64,000 bases of DNA from Basidiobolus meristosporus CBS 931.73 (Eukaryota; Fungi; Basidiobolomycota). Made by a program: the position numbers and the translations under genes. Numbering within the stretch: the stretch's first letter is position 1; every line of letters starts with the position of its first letter. A model generated the notes under the pieces. The model made no database searches, was not told the origin of the DNA, and worked only from the letters and a program-made list of their open reading frames with translations. Of this stretch, positions 61,701-64,000 are shown piece by piece. Location: assembly GCA_002104905.1 (NCBI GenBank), contig MCFE01000208.1, forward strand, positions 62,001-126,000. Reading direction: 5' to 3'.

Positions 61701-63119
61701 CTTTTGCCCTGGAATTTCTTTGATGCGGTCCAATGCTTCTTCATGCTCCTTGGATCAATTGTAGTGGTGTGCATCGTTAATCCTTGGATCATTATCTCCT
61801 TGCCATTTTTGGGCTTCGTGTTCTACACACTCCGACGATTCTATATGCTTACCTCACGTCAGGTCAAACAAATCGAGTCAACCACCAGATCTCCTGTCTA
61901 CTCTCTGCTTTCTGAAACCCTTGATGGGCTGGCTACTATCCGTGCATTTGGGGCCCAAGAGAGATTCTTCGATATGTTTATCGATGCAGAGAACGAGAAT
62001 TGCCGTGCATTCTTCATGTATTTGTGCTCTGCAAGATGGCTCGGATTCCGACTTGACATTCTTGCGGCAACCTTTCTGACGATTACGGCATTTGCGTCAG
62101 TTGGCGCTCGTGATACCCAATCTGCAGGCCTTGTAGGGCTGTCTTTAAGTTATGTATTGCAGCTTATGGGTCAACTTCAATGGGCCGTTCGACAATCGAT
62201 CGAAGTGGAGATCACATTTGTGTCGGTCGAGCGTATGCTTTCCTACACCAAACTGCTACCTGAGGGCCCCAGGGTAACTGATGTTCGCCCCCCGAAGGAC
62301 TGGCCACAAAACGCCGAGGTCGAATTCAAAGAGATGTCACTGACTTATCCTGGTTCGGATAAAGCCGTGCTCCAAGACATCAATTTGAAGATCCGTCGTC
62401 ACGAGAAGATAGGTGTAGTGGGGCGCACTGGTGCGGGAAAATCCTCCCTTCTAACAGCGCTATTTCGTCTTATCGAAGCTTCACCATCGGGCTGTATAGT
62501 AATTGATGGAATTCCGATCTCTGATCTGGGTCTACATGACCTAAGAAAGGCTATATCGATTATTCCCCAGGAGCCATTCCTTTTCAAGGGCACACTTCGG
62601 TTCAACTTGGACCCATTCAATGAGCACGACGACCAATCAGTCTGGAAGGCGTTAGAACTTGCAGAGCTCAAGGACACTGTTTGCAAGTTGCCATCTGGAC
62701 TTGACACCCCAGTGACCGAAAACGGGAAGAACTTCTCGATCGGCCAAAGACAGTTGCTGTCACTCACACGTGCTATCCTTCGCAACACAAAGCTATTGGT
62801 GATGGATGAAGCCACGGCAAATGTTGATCTGCAGTCGGACAGATTCATTCAGCGCTCTATCCACACTTGTTTTGAGCATGCCACTGTCCTAACAATCGCC
62901 CATCGTCTGAACACTGTCATCGGGGATTACGATAGAATTCTGGTTCTGGATCAGGGCAAGGTCATGGAGTTTGATGAACCCTGGGTTCTGTTGCAAAATG
63001 AGAATGGCTGGCTATCAGGCATGGTACGTAGCACAGGGCCTGAAAGCGAGCGCGAGTTGAGATCGGTCGCGAGAAAGCAGTGGGAACGGGTTCACGACGA
63101 TGTTTGGGGGGAGAAATGA
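58708..63119 (+). CDS. ABCC/MRP-family ABC transporter (short, TMD0-less, MRP4-like topology), join(58708..59051,59369..63119), 1364 aa
   Basis: Exon 1 encodes a lasso-like N-terminus (SSFLSFFTFQFIQPLI); a phase-2 intron restores the frame (4095 nt); NBD1 GPVGSGKT / LSGGQ / ILDD; NBD2 GRTGAGKS / FSIGQ / VMDE / IAHRL; two TMDs. Confidence 0.93.
59052..59368 (+). other. Spliceosomal intron (317 bp)
   Basis: Donor GTACGT, branch TACTAAT at 59344-59350, acceptor CTAG at 59365-59368. Confidence 0.8.
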
Positions 63120-63625
63120 GTTTAGTTAATTAATTATGCTAGCTGGGTTTATAATAAATGATCATACCATACCGAAGTCATCGTAGCACTCGTTCTCTTA
63201 TATGGCCATAACCGGTTCAATATCCCCGTATATGGCCGACTTCATTTTAATGCATATTCGGATGTGATAAAGGAGATGCATGCTCACATCAAGACACCCG
63301 GATAGGATACATCTATTTTCTCCACAACTGCTTCAAGCCTTATTATCTATTCTAGCCAGGGACATATTAATGAAATCACGGTTGAACGTTCGAATCTCGA
63401 CGCGTTTGTTTTGCTTGGCGGGAGGAGATTACATTGTGTAAGTCACCCAGGTTGCACAACCGGCGGTAACAACAACACCGCTGCTTTGATTTGTTTATCT
63501 CATTGAAGTGTGCAGCTCACAATTGAAGACGTCAGTATGGAGTTGGTTGGAGTATATAACGCCCTTGGCATTGTCCGGCCACCTCAGAATTCAATATTAC
63601 AATTCTACTATACACAGCATCTGCG

Positions 63626-64000
63626 ATGTTCGTCACAAGAGAGATCCTTCTACTGTTTATACTACTGATATCCTGCACGCTTTCGGAATGCGCCAGCTTT
63701 CCTTACTGCAAAGGCGAGTACGCCATCAATTCCAACACCTGCCAGAAATTCCGACAATATCAGCCCACAGGTAAGAATTTCCAGAGTCAGGTACAACAGT
63801 GGAGCTATGAAGATCTGGACTACGTCAAGCGCCAAAAAGCCCGATTCATGGTAAATGTGTTTGAGTATGGTTCTACTAACATCGGATATTCCTCTTGTGA
63901 AAACCTGCAAGATGGGAGAGGCTATACTTGTGGTTCCGTAGGGTTTACAACCGGCACTGACGATGCGTATTATGTTGTGGAGGAATATCACAAATTGCGA
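63626..64000 (+). CDS. Secreted GH46-type chitosanase, 5' part (125 codons, runs off the window; absent from the ORF track)
   Basis: My translation: MFVTREILLLFILLISCTLSECAS (signal peptide)...FMVNVFEYGSTNIGYSSCENLQDGRGYTCGSVGFTTGTDDAYYVVEEY; matches the GH46 E...DGRGYT.G..GF..GT.D motif. Confidence 0.85.
   Translation, partial: MFVTREILLLFILLISCTLSECASFPYCKGEYAINSNTCQKFRQYQPTGKNFQSQVQQWSYEDLDYVKRQKARFMVNVFEYGSTNIGYSSCENLQDGRGYTCGSVGFTTGTDDAYYVVEEYHKLR

Noticed and set aside
59477-62848. Minus-strand ORFs of 69-149 aa within the ABCC gene
   Set aside because: Antisense shadows of a long coding exon, with no motifs.
63508-63991. Track ORFs 63508-63774 (+) and 63662-63991 (-)
   Set aside because: Off-frame or antisense to the GH46 reading frame that starts at 63626.

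Overview
Eukaryotic, most likely fungal, DNA (GT..CTAAT..AG intron; an early-diverging lineage is an inference). About 1-56.4 kb is a CpG-depleted island of nested, decayed transposons. It holds two Ty1/copia families (A and B), two insertions of one Ty3/gypsy family, an RT-deleted Tf1/sushi-type chromovirus, solo or partial copies of a ~0.8-1.07 kb LTR, a 6.5-kb CMC/EnSpm-like DNA transposon with CCCTATGAAA termini, and PIF/Harbinger-like (DDE_Tnp_4) remnants. Most insertion junctions resolve to the base through target-site duplications. From ~56.4 kb CpG is abundant again. This part carries an (AT)29 microsatellite, an intact two-exon ABCC/MRP-type transporter (58708-63119) and the 5' part of a secreted GH46-type chitosanase (63626 to the window edge) that is missing from the ORF track. 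The most informative signals are in the chromovirus: an 11-nt self-priming site, a GGGAAAC -1 frameshift signal with a hairpin, a deleted RT core, and LTRs that are near-identical in U3 but divergent in R/U5. No CRISPR, rRNA or tRNA gene was recognised. All alignments and counts were done by eye.
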